Assembly: GCA_002633005.1 (NCBI GenBank)
Contig: NMRA01000059.1
Span: 225,662 to 289,661 of the forward strand
Length of the DNA: 64,000 bases
DNA from: Phoronis australis
Lineage: Eukaryota > Animalia > Phoronida
Direction: 5' to 3'
Part shown: positions 63,348-64,000 of the stretch, in pieces
How positions within the stretch are numbered: the first letter of the stretch is position 1
Layout of the letters: each line of letters begins with the position of its first letter
Notes under the pieces: generated by a model
The model's database searches: none
Told to the model about the DNA's origin: nothing
What the model saw: only the letters and a program-made list of their open reading frames with translations
Program-made: the position numbers and the translations under genes

Positions 63348-64000
63348 GTGAGACAATACTCCTGAGTTGGGCCAAGTTGACTCTCGCTGATTAGTTGCCA
63401 TTTTGGATGATGAAATTCTTCTGTTGCACGTTTCGTAGAAGTGACCCAATTTCTTTTAAATCACAAATTTAGGACACAAATATGGTGGACAAGTAAAACT
63501 TTATTTTTCATTTTTTTCATGAAAACTATTTACCAATTATAAAGTTTACATGTTCAAGGTCTGTACCATTTTGAAAAAATTAGATATCTACAACAAAGTT
63601 ACAAGTATTTGACAAATTAAATGTGGCCATTTTGTTAATTATTTTTGTCCAAAATTGGTGATGTTGGTGAAGTGTTGTTATAGTCAATGTCAACATGATC
63701 AACGCTTTCAGACTGTAACTTCTGACAAAACTCAGATTTTTACAATTTTGAGACTCATAGTAAGGATCTTGAGACAATTGTAAAGCAAACATGTTTTCCC
63801 AAATCACTGTACTTTTGGACATGTATGCTACTTTTTACAGGTAGACAATGAGCATTATAATATAGTTTTTATTGCAACACATGTATAAGACAATGCAACA
63901 ATAGTGCAGAGAATTAATCCAAAAACGAATCATTATATACTAGGCTTCAGGCTACTCGGTCTGTGTTTAAAGAAATCAGTTTGGACGTTTGATTGATTGT

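Noticed and set aside
63832-63900. tttttacag|GTA as the final DIXDC1 exon
   Set aside because: Translation lacks the expected DDD.IPGWEGKIVAWV end of the DIX domain; the true last exon is probably beyond 64000.

Overview
Eukaryotic, intron-rich invertebrate genomic DNA (probably a lophotrochozoan such as a mollusc; this is inference from gene structure and repeats) with two assembly gaps (6959-7330, 31969-32209) and a single N at 59091. Two genes lie head-to-head with start codons about 950 bp apart. On the minus strand is a trithorax/MLL1-2 (KMT2A/B) histone H3K4 methyltransferase gene. I traced 33 exons from ATG 37863 to 501, covering the menin/LEDGF-binding N-terminus, a nuclear-receptor-type zinc finger, CXXC, PHD1-3, an atypical bromodomain, ePHD, FYRN, a C2HC finger and AT-hooks; FYRC and SET lie beyond the left edge. 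On the plus strand is DIXDC1/Ccd1 (CH domain, coiled coil, DIX domain), with its last exon beyond the right edge. The standout observation is a pair of tandem 48-nt exons separated by only 49 nt (29751-29798 and 29654-29701). Each encodes an alternative version of the CpG-reading KFGG...KQ loop of the CXXC domain, one KMT2B-like (GGP) and one KMT2A-like (GGR), suggesting mutually exclusive splicing that switches the DNA-binding loop. Other observations: a perfect hairpin / inverted YY1-motif pair over the trithorax start codon, a probable second TATA-driven DIXDC1 first exon, many tandem repeats that amplify splice sites, an internally deleted Kolobok transposon, hAT and Helentron-like relics, and a probable haplotype-duplication artefact. 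All exon boundaries were read by hand and checked for phase continuity; family comparisons are from memory, not database searches.
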